Assembly (NCBI GenBank): GCA_964566535.1
Contig: CAZMIO010000002.1
Coordinates: 62,001-126,000 of the forward strand
Length of the DNA stretch: 64,000 bases
Direction of reading: 5' to 3'
Source: an uncultured Methanosarcinales archaeon
Lineage (GTDB): Archaea; Nanobdellota; Nanobdellia; Woesearchaeales; CAZOXR01
Shown: positions 52,182 to 61,640 of the stretch, one piece after another
Layout: the number at the start of each line of letters is the position of its first letter
Numbering within the stretch: the stretch's first letter is position 1
The notes under the pieces: model-generated
The model's input: only the letters and a program-made list of their open reading frames with translations
Databases searched by the model: none
Told to the model about the DNA's origin: nothing
Translations under genes and position numbers: made by a program

Positions 52182-52262
52182 TCAAATTAAGAACTCCCTC
52201 AACTTCTTCTGACTCTTAATGTTATTAAACAAAACACTATTCCTCAAAATGTTAGAAACATT

Positions 52263-53408
52263 CTATAAGTAATAAAATGTTGGCTTTCCTTCTATCTTTT
52301 TAACTATACCTTCTCTAAATAAGTTATTCAAGTGAAATGATGCTGTTCTCATCTTGAGATCATTTAATTTAGCAACCTCTAAGGTAGTTAAGGATTTTTT
52401 TGAATTGATTAAAGTTTTCAAAACTATCTTTTTCGTTACATGCTTATCAACATAACTATCAATCATTTTTGTAAGTGTTTTTCTTTTCTTTACATGTGTA
52501 AAATTTATAAATCTTCTAAAATTTTCTAAATTTGATTTTCTATATATTCCAAGTCTTATTACAATCTTATCTTGATATCTTTGTTGTACATGTAGACTCC
52601 CAGTAGAGATATCAAATCCCGCTAACAACTCAACAATTTGATTAAAAAATTGTCTAATAGATTTTTCATAAATCTGATTCTTCCCCATAGCAATTATAAT
52701 TCTTTTAACATTTTTTCTACTATGATCAACACAGGATTCATCATCAAATATACCCCTCAAAAAGGAGGATTTAGTTTTTTTATCTGCTTTTAATATCCAA
52801 TTTGGAATTTTGGACTTCTGATCAAGTTTATATCCCTTAATACCTCCAATTAGATATAATATGTATCCAATTACTGGAGAAAGTTTTATTTCATAACATC
52901 TTCTATCTATTCTATGGTTTAATGTATACTCCCCTTGACCAATTGATGTACTTACAGCATTAACTACTTCTTTTACTAGATTTAACTGAGTATTAGTATA
53001 ATTAAATCTCCAATCAGATAAAATAGATCCATCACCAAATGATTTTGCCATAAGTAATGCCAATTCTGGTTTTACCTTAATGGGCAATTTTATTTGAACT
53101 GCTCTATTACTGCACCCTCTTTTAACAGATATGACATATTTCTCTATATGGCAAATCGGAATATCCAAAAATTCTAATAATCTCTTAAGAGCATCGGCAT
53201 TAATTGATTCTAATTTAGAGTATCTAAAGTTTCTTATTGTACCTGGAGAACATCCTATTTCTTTAGATAAAGATTTCAAGCTTTTTTTCTTTTTTAAAGC
53301 ATTTTCAATTAAAAATTCTTTATATTCTTTATTTAGACGAATATAAAAAGGCGGTACAAGTAAATCTTTTAATTCAACTAAATTTTCATTACTCAATTCT
53401 TGATTCAT
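52263..53408 (-). CDS. Free-standing two-motif LAGLIDADG endonuclease-like protein with N-terminal HTH and C-terminal winged HTH
   Basis: LALLMAKSFGDGSI and IPNWI...SFLRGIFDDESCV; SLKSLSKEIGCSPGTIRNFR; LTTLEVAK...ASFHLNNLFREGIV. Confidence 0.85.
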   Translation of the reverse strand: MNQELSNENLVELKDLLVPPFYIRLNKEYKEFLIENALKKKKSLKSLSKEIGCSPGTIRNFRYSKLESINADALKRLLEFLDIPICHIEKYVISVKRGCSNRAVQIKLPIKVKPELALLMAKSFGDGSILSDWRFNYTNTQLNLVKEVVNAVSTSIGQGEYTLNHRIDRRCYEIKLSPVIGYILYLIGGIKGYKLDQKSKIPNWILKADKKTKSSFLRGIFDDESCVDHSRKNVKRIIIAMGKNQIYEKSIRQFFNQIVELLAGFDISTGSLHVQQRYQDKIVIRLGIYRKSNLENFRRFINFTHVKKRKTLTKMIDSYVDKHVTKKIVLKTLINSKKSLTTLEVAKLNDLKMRTASFHLNNLFREGIVKKIEGKPTFYYL

Positions 53409-53539
53409 TTTAAATCACCAACCTTTTCCCCATTTGAGACTATCTAAATGATTTATATGCTTTCCGGGGGTCCGTGTCCAGTGGGTTGTGGTAGAAAATC
53501 ATAATTTAATAGCTCAAATATTACCTAGGTGATTTAAAA
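53408..53539 (-). ncRNA. LAGLIDADG-associated conserved leader element, copy 1 (putative structured RNA or mobile-element end)
   Basis: Perfect 12-bp terminal inverted repeat TTTTAAATCACC/GGTGATTTAAAA; core 53434-53512 is 70/79 identical to 63322-63400. Confidence 0.6.
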
Positions 53540-53547
53540 GTTAAGAA

Positions 53548-54789
53548 TCATAAAAATTGAGTTAATTTAGATTGTTGTTTCATATTTCTCAAAAGAATAC
53601 TGTTTTTTAATATAATCTCTAAATCAAAATTGAATTTTTTCTTTATAAAAATTTTAGCATATTTAAGCATAAGTTCCATACTTGAAAACCCTATAGACTT
53701 ATTATTCAATGCCTTTCTTGTAGCCTCAGTTGTCACCCAAACGCCTAAAGGCATTGCATATTCATCTGTTATTAATCTTATAGCTAAACAACTTCCTTGT
53801 CTTTTTACCCTATCTAAATGCTCTGCAATGGCCATCCTTACACTATACCAACCACCTGCACAATTTTGAGCATAAGTTTTTCTGCCTTCATAAGGTTCAA
53901 AATCAGTCATATATTTCAAATTAGACTCCATAGTTGTATTTGATGAAACATAAGTTTCAAACAATTCATAAGACCAAATTTCAGGGAAAAAAAGAAGCAA
54001 GTAATAATTACCAAGATAAGAGCCAAAATAAGCCTTATAATCAAATAAAGGAGAGTTCTTGATATTATTCAATAAATTTTTAGTTACTATATCATGAACA
54101 GCTGTCGTTGACCATCTTGTAGGAACCAATCTCCTATCCTTCTTCAGACCCAGATTTCCAATTGAAAACAATTTAGTAAGCGTATTCTCATCAACATCCT
54201 TCTTATACAATATTTTTATCCCTTCAGTTGTCTTCAAATCAGAATCAGAAACAACATAGTCAATCTTACGCGGAATCTTTGGATTCTCCGTTAACATTAT
54301 CTTCTTCAAATCAGTCGAAGGCCCCATCGGAAGACTATGATCATTTGTTTGCAGCCTAAATCTAGGTTTCTCCTTCAGATTAACCTCCAAAGCAGCTGGT
54401 TTAGAAGCCATTGCCAATTCCTGACCCAATAATATCAACTTCTCATTTTTCCGAGCATTTAATACATTAGAAGCATACTTATTATTCAACAAAGAGCTCC
54501 TAAAATTGACAATCTTAGGAATCTCATAATTATTCTGAGCCCAATACCTAGGCGCATCATAAAGCCATGAATCTTCCTTCAATTCAGGAGGGGCAAGTAC
54601 TCCAACATTAACATTAGGATAATTATAGTGCCCAACAAAGACAGAATTTGAATCTGAACTAAAATTCTCAGATTTAACAGTGTTCTTCAAGGTATATCTA
54701 GCAAAGTTCCTAGCACATATTGGACATTTTCCCTTACCACAATCACCTAATGGATCAAACCCCTCATGTTTCTTATAAGGCACCCTCAT
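53548..54789 (-). CDS. nreA: Nre family DNA repair protein
   Basis: SVFVGHYNYPNVNVG, RRLVPTRWSTTAV, YEGRKTYA, PLGVW; C-terminal PIP box QSKLTQFL. Confidence 0.9.
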   Translation of the reverse strand: MRVPYKKHEGFDPLGDCGKGKCPICARNFARYTLKNTVKSENFSSDSNSVFVGHYNYPNVNVGVLAPPELKEDSWLYDAPRYWAQNNYEIPKIVNFRSSLLNNKYASNVLNARKNEKLILLGQELAMASKPAALEVNLKEKPRFRLQTNDHSLPMGPSTDLKKIMLTENPKIPRKIDYVVSDSDLKTTEGIKILYKKDVDENTLTKLFSIGNLGLKKDRRLVPTRWSTTAVHDIVTKNLLNNIKNSPLFDYKAYFGSYLGNYYLLLFFPEIWSYELFETYVSSNTTMESNLKYMTDFEPYEGRKTYAQNCAGGWYSVRMAIAEHLDRVKRQGSCLAIRLITDEYAMPLGVWVTTEATRKALNNKSIGFSSMELMLKYAKIFIKKKFNFDLEIILKNSILLRNMKQQSKLTQFL

Positions 54790-54862
54790 CAGCAATATTA
54801 ATGGATATTAAATTAAAAACTTTTCCAAAAGGTTTTTATACATACTTTAATCTATAAACCAA

Positions 54863-55891
54863 ATGCCATTAACAGAAAAACAAATTAAAGAAATCAGAGA
54901 AGAACTGAATCACTGTAAAAAGCCTTTATTCTTCTTCCATGATGACCCAGACGGATTGTGCTCATTCCTCTTACTTTACAGATACATAAAAGAAGGAAAG
55001 GGCTTCGTTCTAAAAAGCGCCCCTAAATTAGATGAAAAATTTGTAAGACAAGTAGATGAATATGAACCAGACAAAGTATTCATCTTAGACATAGCCATAG
55101 TTGAACAGTCATTCATCGACGCAGTCAAAGTTCCAATAGTATGGATAGACCACCACGGACCTTTCGAAAGAGAAAATATAAAACTATTCAACCCAAGAGT
55201 TGCAAATAAAGACGACAACACTCCAGTAACGTACACCTGCTACCAAGTTGCTGAAAAGGACATGTGGATAGCTGCAGTCGGTTGTATTGGCGATTGGTTC
55301 ATCCCACCATTCTTAAAAAAGTTCAAAGACAAGTACCCAGATTTAATTAGAACAAACTCTAAAAACCAAGGGGACATCCTATTCAACACAGAGTTAGGAA
55401 GATTAGTAAAAATATTCTCATTCATCCTAAAAGGTCAAACTAACGATGCCTTAAAATGCGTCAAAATACTAACTAGAATAAAAACCCCTAAAGAAATACT
55501 AAACCAAGAAACTTCCAAAGGGAAATTCATCTTCAAAAAATACGAAAAGATAAACAAAGTGTATGAAGAATTACTTAACAGTGTCCTAAAGGAAGATCCT
55601 AAAGACAAAATCCTTATGTTTACTTACACAGAAGACAAGATGAGCTTCACAGGAGACTTATCAAACGAACTCCTGCACAGATTCCCGGACAAACTAATAA
55701 TAATCGCAAGACAAAAAAGCGGAGAAATGCGAATGTCATTAAGATCAAAACACAAACTACTCCCACCAATACTAAAAAAAGCATTGCATGGCTTAGAAGG
55801 CCATGGTGGTGGCCACGAACATGCTTGTGGTGCAAGTGTAAAAAAAGAAGACTTCAAAAAGTTCATAAGCAGACTAAAAAAAGAATTCTAG
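54863..55891 (+). CDS. DHH family phosphoesterase with DHHA1 domain
   Basis: HDDPDG, ILD, IDHH, SLRS, GGGHEHACGA. Confidence 0.9.
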   Translation: MPLTEKQIKEIREELNHCKKPLFFFHDDPDGLCSFLLLYRYIKEGKGFVLKSAPKLDEKFVRQVDEYEPDKVFILDIAIVEQSFIDAVKVPIVWIDHHGPFERENIKLFNPRVANKDDNTPVTYTCYQVAEKDMWIAAVGCIGDWFIPPFLKKFKDKYPDLIRTNSKNQGDILFNTELGRLVKIFSFILKGQTNDALKCVKILTRIKTPKEILNQETSKGKFIFKKYEKINKVYEELLNSVLKEDPKDKILMFTYTEDKMSFTGDLSNELLHRFPDKLIIIARQKSGEMRMSLRSKHKLLPPILKKALHGLEGHGGGHEHACGASVKKEDFKKFISRLKKEF

Positions 55892-57111
55892 TGAGAGCAG
55901 GAAAAAGTTACATCAACAAGCTCTTCATCGTCAATAAAAGAACTTATTTCATTAACCTTAATCTTACATGACTCATCCACCAAAAATGTATCTCCCTCAA
56001 ATACTCTGTCCATCACGTCCCCATCCAAAACAAACCGAGCAGAATTCTCACCAACCAGATCATCCTCAAAAAACTCATCAACAACGTCAATATCAACATT
56101 ATAGTCCTTTCCAATCAAACTAACCTTATTATCATTATATTTATCATTCAATATCTTATTAACCTTATAATCCAAAGAAACCTCTATTAAATTACCTCCC
56201 CGCTCCCCAATTTCATTAATCACAATATCTTCTACTTTCAATACGGTATCATCACTTAAAGTAAATTTCTCCCCTCTAGCAAACGTCCATTCATCTTTGT
56301 TATTAACATTAAGTCTAACTTGAGCATCATTCCCGTTATCTCCAATAATCAAAACCTTAACTTCAAACACCCCTCCACTAATATCATACAACCTCTCCCC
56401 TCCTTCTTCCAAAGTCTCTTTTTTACCATTAATTGTAAATTCAACCATATCAGGAACATTATCTCTCCCCTTGTTCAGAACAATACTGTCAATCCCCAAT
56501 TCCAGTCCCTTTTTAGTAAACTTCTCTCCAGCCCTCAAACTCCTTATAAAATCGTCATTAATCTCAAATTTTACAACCGCTTCAGGATTATGCTTGTCTG
56601 CAATTATCAAATTCTTCACATAATAGTCGTCCCCATCCACAACCAAATTATGAAGTTCTCCTTCTCCAAGAACCTTAGTCCTGTTATCAATTTCATAAAC
56701 TAATTTGTCATTAGCCTTTCCTTTCCTGTTCACAATCAAATCCTTAATAAAAAAATCAGCTCCTTCTTTCTCAAATTTATCACCCACATTAAGCAAAGGA
56801 GTAATCTCTTGGTTAATATTTAACTTAACTCCAACCGGGTCAACGACTTCATTAATCATCAATACATTTAGTTCGAACCTTTTTCCATTAAACCAATATA
56901 GCCCACTCTGCCCTTCCTTTAACGTCTCTCTCACAATCTTAGAATTCTTAACCTTCCCTTCACAATCTACAGCACATGTCTCACCTTCACCAACATCACA
57001 TCTATTATCCCCACATACCACAAATTGAAGTGAATTACATCCGACTACCACTAACACCATCACAACTACAGCAAGAAACAGATTATTATGCTCCCAGATT
57101 CCATTGCCCAT
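55888..57111 (-). CDS. Putative surface lipoprotein with Cys-rich motif and repeated beta domains
   Basis: Hydrophobic segment ending VVGC; CGDNRCDVGEGETCAVDC; repeats ETLxEG...G..FExxVLxI. Confidence 0.7.
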   Translation of the reverse strand: MGNGIWEHNNLFLAVVVMVLVVVGCNSLQFVVCGDNRCDVGEGETCAVDCEGKVKNSKIVRETLKEGQSGLYWFNGKRFELNVLMINEVVDPVGVKLNINQEITPLLNVGDKFEKEGADFFIKDLIVNRKGKANDKLVYEIDNRTKVLGEGELHNLVVDGDDYYVKNLIIADKHNPEAVVKFEINDDFIRSLRAGEKFTKKGLELGIDSIVLNKGRDNVPDMVEFTINGKKETLEEGGERLYDISGGVFEVKVLIIGDNGNDAQVRLNVNNKDEWTFARGEKFTLSDDTVLKVEDIVINEIGERGGNLIEVSLDYKVNKILNDKYNDNKVSLIGKDYNVDIDVVDEFFEDDLVGENSARFVLDGDVMDRVFEGDTFLVDESCKIKVNEISSFIDDEELVDVTFSCSH

Positions 57112-57204
57112 ACCTACTACAATTAGCGGGCCATTATATATTACTTGCCATTTTTTAGCAAAAACAGTTAAATTTATAACTGATTTCTATTTACTTTTAC
57201 TTAT

Positions 57205-57276
57205 GCGCTGGTGGTCTAATGGCTATGACAATGGCCTTCCAAGCCATTTATCCGGGTTCAAATCCCGGCCGGCGCA
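57205..57276 (+). tRNA. tRNA-Gly (TCC)
   Basis: GCGCTGG/CCGGCGC acceptor stem, ATGGC-CTTCCAA-GCCAT anticodon arm, CCGGG-TTCAAAT-CCCGG T arm; TATA ~30 nt upstream; no encoded CCA. Confidence 0.95.
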
Positions 57277-57387
57277 TTCATATTTCAATATTTCTTACAA
57301 GGGTGCCTTTTTAAAAGTCCAGACCGGCACATTTTTCCCTTTACCTTTTCCATTACTTTTATAAACCAATATTGCCTCCTATTTCCT

Positions 57388-58110
57388 ATGATAAGTATAA
57401 TAATTCCAACATTAAACGAGGAAGAATTATTGCCAAACTTGCTTGAATCAATAGATAAGCAAACCTTCAAAGACTATGAGATAATCATAGCTGATGCTGG
57501 ATCAAAAGACAACACAATTAGTATAGCAAAAAAACACAATGCACGTGTAGTCAAAGGAGGGGTTCCAGCAGTAGGTAGAAATAATGGGGCAAAGGCCGCA
57601 AAAGGAGACATCCTTCTTTTCCTAGATTCAGATTCAAGAATACCAACCGATTTTCTAGAAAAAGCAATAAAAGAATTCAAGGGAAGAAATTTGGGTTCTG
57701 CTACAGTTTCATTAATCCCTATTTCAACAAAATTTAGGGATAAACTAATGTACGATAGCTATAACGCATGGCAAAAGATGGTTCAATATGTTGACCCTCA
57801 TGCAGCAGGAATCTGCATTTTCTCAAGAAAAGATATTTTTGATAAAACCAATGGTTTTGATGAAGGTATAACCTTCTGTGAAGACCATGCTTTTGTAAGA
57901 AAAACAAAAAGACATGGAAAATTCAGAGTGATAAACAATACAAAACTCTATAATTCTGTCAGAAGGCTTGATAGTGAAGGAAGAGCCAATATGGCATTAA
58001 AGATGATTTATACATCATTCTACAGGACATTCATCGGAGAAATAAAACAGAATAACTTCACATGGATACCTGGTTCTACTTCAGAAGATAAATCTAAACC
58101 TTCAAACTAA
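57388..58110 (+). CDS. Glycosyltransferase family 2
   Basis: SIIIPTLNEE, DAGSKD, RNNGA, FLDSD, GFDE..CED. Confidence 0.93.
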   Translation: MISIIIPTLNEEELLPNLLESIDKQTFKDYEIIIADAGSKDNTISIAKKHNARVVKGGVPAVGRNNGAKAAKGDILLFLDSDSRIPTDFLEKAIKEFKGRNLGSATVSLIPISTKFRDKLMYDSYNAWQKMVQYVDPHAAGICIFSRKDIFDKTNGFDEGITFCEDHAFVRKTKRHGKFRVINNTKLYNSVRRLDSEGRANMALKMIYTSFYRTFIGEIKQNNFTWIPGSTSEDKSKPSN

Positions 58111-61100
58111 CAACCTGACTGATATTATGCTCATTCATACTTACACCATACAAATTCTCAGCCTGAGAAATAACTCCATCATTATGTGAAATTACTATAT
58201 ACTGAGCTTTCTCAGCATACTGTCCAACCAATTTAGCAAATCTTTCTGAATTATGCTTATCCAATGCGGCATCAACCTCATCGAGTATATAGAATGAAGC
58301 TGGTTCATGTTCCTGTATCGCAAAAATAAAAGCAAGCGCAGTCATTGTCTTCTCTCCGCCAGACAAAGACCTCATATCCATAAATTTGTTTCCAGTAATC
58401 TTTACCTTAACACTCAACCCACCATCAAAAGGGTTATCAGGAGTTTCAAGCTCTAGATGCGCACTTCCTTTTGTGGATAAAGTCTCAAATATCTTTCCAA
58501 AATTCCCATTTACCACATCAAAATGTTTCATAAATAAACTTGTTTTCTTATCCTCAATCTCATCCATCATTCCAGTTACATCATCTTTCTCGCTTACTAG
58601 CGTATCTTTCCTCTCAACCAAACTATTAAACTCTTTCTCAACGTCCTCATAAATCTCTAAAGCCCTCATATTAACTGAGCCAATATCATTCTTAAGCTTC
58701 TCAAACTTACTTACCTCTCCCTTAAGCTGTTCCTCTGTCTTTTCAGTATCGATTTTAACTCCCTCATATTGTTCAAATTCCTGATTCAATCCAGCTAATA
58801 TAGCACTCAACTCTGCATGCTTGATAGACAAAGTATTATTTCTAATCTCAATCTCCCTACTAACACCTAACTTTTCATTTATAACAGTTTCATTCTTTTG
58901 TATCTCATCACCAATCTCGCCCCTCTTTCCAAATAAACCCTTAAACTTAAGATAAAATTCCTTAACCATTTCTTCTTTACCAGCCAAACTAGTCTGTTGT
59001 TCTTCGGCAGATTTAACCAGTCCCGCCAATTCCTCCTTGAACTGTACTGCTTCCTTATCAATCAACTTTAATATCTCATTTGTCTTCTCTTTCTCAGGAT
59101 TATAGATAGTATCAATCTGATTATCAATATTCTTAAGCTCAGAATCAACCTTAATTACCTCTTCATTTATCAGATTCAGCTTCTCATTATAAGTATTCAA
59201 CTCAGCAACTAAAGTAGGACTCCTCAGTTGATTAATAACCACCTTAAGCTTCTCCCTCTCAACCTTAACCGCAGCCAATTCTTTATTTTTCTCACTTATC
59301 TTATCTTGTTCTTCATTTATCTGTCCTTCTAACTTAGTCTCCTTATCCTTCAATTCATCTTTCTGTTTAATAGAAATATTAACATCTCCTGCCTCAAGAT
59401 GTAAACTCTTCTCAGTCTTGATAATCTCCCCTTCTAAATTCGCCTTTTGTGCCCTAAGCTCTACAATCTTATCTTCGTTCTCTTTCCTTGTTTTCTCAAG
59501 TGTACTAATCACCCCCTCTTGCTCACCAACAATACCATCGTACTCATTAATATTATTCGTAACCTCTTTCTGATTAAAACCCATTCCCTGTTTCCGTTTA
59601 CCCCTAAATCCACCTTGCATCACTCCACTAAATTCAGTAACATCCCCATCAACAGTAACCATCTTTGCTTTCCCAATCCCCAACCTTCTAGCAACATCAA
59701 TATTATCCACAATCAGCGTATTTGCAAAAACATGAGAAAAAATCTTTTTGAATTTAGAATCATACTCAATCAAATCAGTAGCCAAACCATGACACCCTTT
59801 CGAATCAGAAAGACCCTTCACCTCAGAAAACGTCTCCTTCGCCTTAATCTTATTTATAGGTAAAAAAGTAGCCGTTCCAAGCTTATTTTGTTTTAGATAT
59901 TTAATGCAACTCGAAGCAACCTTATCATCCTCAACCACTATACTCCTTATCCTAGGACCAGCAGCAACCTCTAAAGCAAGAGCATATTTAGAATTTACAT
60001 CTCCAAGCTCAGAAACAGTTCCATGAATTCCAGCCATCTCTCCCTTCCTAGCAAGAATTTTCTGGACAGCAACATTGCCAGAAGCCATCTCCCTAATACT
60101 AATCTGTCTAGCACTTAATTTTGCAAGCTCTTCCGAAGCATTTTGTAATTTACCCCTCGCACTACCAAGCTGCACAGCTAACGAAGAATCCTCATTTAAT
60201 CTCTTGTTCAACTCTAATGTAGAACTCTTAAACTCTTCCCTCTTCTTCTTAAGTCCATCTAATTCATCCTTATACTCCTCTTCAATCTGGGAAACCTTAT
60301 TTATCTTCTCATCAATTGTATTTATCTGATGTAATATCCCATCTTTCTCCCTTATCAGATTATGTTGATTTTCCCTTAAACTATGAATCTCTTTTTGAAG
60401 TTCCTCACCTTGTTTATCTAACTCCTCAGTCTTCTTCTCAATTTCACCAATATTATCTAACTTATTCTTTTCTTTAAACTGCTTAACCTTCCCCTCAATA
60501 ATTCCCTTCTCATTCAACTGCTCTGTCTTCTGTGAGCCAATCTCTTCTTTCTTCTTGCCTAATTCATTTAATTTCTCATCAATTTCTTCAACTGCCTTCC
60601 CAATATCCTTCTTCCGTTGGTCTATCTTAATAAGCTCATTCTTAAGAGTCTCAATCCTAGAATTCTTCTTAGTAATCTCAATCTTTAGATCTTCAACTTC
60701 TTTATTGAGTTTAACCTGCTCTACTTCCCCTTTCTCTTCTATCTCTTTAGTTATTTCTTCTATCTTATTCCGTTTCTCTTCATTCCCCTTCTTAAACTCA
60801 TTAATCTTTCCATTTATCTCCCCTAACTCATTATTTCCTTGATCAAGTTTTTCCTTAAATCCTTTTCTATCAACTTCTTTTTTATCTATCTGTAATTTTA
60901 ACAAAGATGCCTTATTAATATTAATTTGGTCCCCCATATCCTTAAACTTCAATGCCTGGTCCCTATCCTTCTTAAGCTCCCTCAAGTAAGTATTTTTCTC
61001 AGTCAGTACAATCTCAGCTTCTTTCAGCTTCCCATCAACCCTCTCAAGTTCCCTCACTGCTTTTTGTTTCTTCTCCTCATAGACTGATATTCCAGAAATC

Positions 61101-61591
61101 TCTTCAATAAGGCCCCTCCTATCCTCTGGCCTCATCTCAACAAATCTTACAATATCTCCCTGCAATATAATATTATACCCGTCTGGGTCTATCTTAGCAA
61201 CTGAAAGTAAGTCAATAATCTGTTGTCTTGTTCTTACCTTGTCATTTATCTTATAGATACTCTGACCATTCTGCCTTACAACACGAGTCAACTTTACTTC
61301 AGAATCTTCAGTTGGAAACCTTTTGTTAGAATTATCAAAATAGATGCTAACTTCTCCTTGCTTTGACTGCTTTTTATTTTTACCACCATTATAGATCAGA
61401 TTAGCTGATTTCTCAGCCCTCATAGACTTAGCAGAACTCTTACCCAAAACAAAGCATAAAGCATCTAAAACATTACTCTTACCAGAACCATTAGGACCAA
61501 GTACGCAATTATAATTAGTATTGAACAAGATTTCAGTATGTTTGGCAAAACTCTTAAAGCCATTCATCACCATCTTATTGATTCTTGTCAT
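58094..61591 (-). CDS. smc: Chromosome segregation protein SMC
   Basis: GFKSF, GPNGSGKSN, long coiled coils, hinge, LSGGEK, LDEVDAALD; ATG 61591. Confidence 0.97.
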   Translation of the reverse strand: MTRINKMVMNGFKSFAKHTEILFNTNYNCVLGPNGSGKSNVLDALCFVLGKSSAKSMRAEKSANLIYNGGKNKKQSKQGEVSIYFDNSNKRFPTEDSEVKLTRVVRQNGQSIYKINDKVRTRQQIIDLLSVAKIDPDGYNIILQGDIVRFVEMRPEDRRGLIEEISGISVYEEKKQKAVRELERVDGKLKEAEIVLTEKNTYLRELKKDRDQALKFKDMGDQININKASLLKLQIDKKEVDRKGFKEKLDQGNNELGEINGKINEFKKGNEEKRNKIEEITKEIEEKGEVEQVKLNKEVEDLKIEITKKNSRIETLKNELIKIDQRKKDIGKAVEEIDEKLNELGKKKEEIGSQKTEQLNEKGIIEGKVKQFKEKNKLDNIGEIEKKTEELDKQGEELQKEIHSLRENQHNLIREKDGILHQINTIDEKINKVSQIEEEYKDELDGLKKKREEFKSSTLELNKRLNEDSSLAVQLGSARGKLQNASEELAKLSARQISIREMASGNVAVQKILARKGEMAGIHGTVSELGDVNSKYALALEVAAGPRIRSIVVEDDKVASSCIKYLKQNKLGTATFLPINKIKAKETFSEVKGLSDSKGCHGLATDLIEYDSKFKKIFSHVFANTLIVDNIDVARRLGIGKAKMVTVDGDVTEFSGVMQGGFRGKRKQGMGFNQKEVTNNINEYDGIVGEQEGVISTLEKTRKENEDKIVELRAQKANLEGEIIKTEKSLHLEAGDVNISIKQKDELKDKETKLEGQINEEQDKISEKNKELAAVKVEREKLKVVINQLRSPTLVAELNTYNEKLNLINEEVIKVDSELKNIDNQIDTIYNPEKEKTNEILKLIDKEAVQFKEELAGLVKSAEEQQTSLAGKEEMVKEFYLKFKGLFGKRGEIGDEIQKNETVINEKLGVSREIEIRNNTLSIKHAELSAILAGLNQEFEQYEGVKIDTEKTEEQLKGEVSKFEKLKNDIGSVNMRALEIYEDVEKEFNSLVERKDTLVSEKDDVTGMMDEIEDKKTSLFMKHFDVVNGNFGKIFETLSTKGSAHLELETPDNPFDGGLSVKVKITGNKFMDMRSLSGGEKTMTALAFIFAIQEHEPASFYILDEVDAALDKHNSERFAKLVGQYAEKAQYIVISHNDGVISQAENLYGVSMNEHNISQVVSLKV

Positions 61592-61640
61592 ATTTTTAAA
61601 CCTAAACAATGAAATTTATAAGTTTTTTGTTCAATTTCCC

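Noticed and set aside
52263..53408. LAGLIDADG as part of an intein or rRNA/tRNA intron
   Set aside because: It has its own SD, start and stop; no Hint-domain termini (C/S start, HN end) and no interrupted host gene on the flanks.
53465..53495. GGGTCCGTGTCCAGTGG resembles a tRNA 5' end/D-arm
   Set aside because: No T-arm (TTCRA) or matching acceptor 3' strand follows; it cannot fold as a tRNA.
52188..53547. TTAAGAA on both sides of the LAGLIDADG cassette as a target-site duplication
   Set aside because: A 7-nt AT-rich match is expected by chance; it needs an empty-site allele to support it.
58094..61591. smc without an adjacent scpA as a defence-type (Wadjet-like) SMC
   Set aside because: Canonical hinge-containing SMC with no jet-like neighbours; scpA/B may lie elsewhere in the genome.
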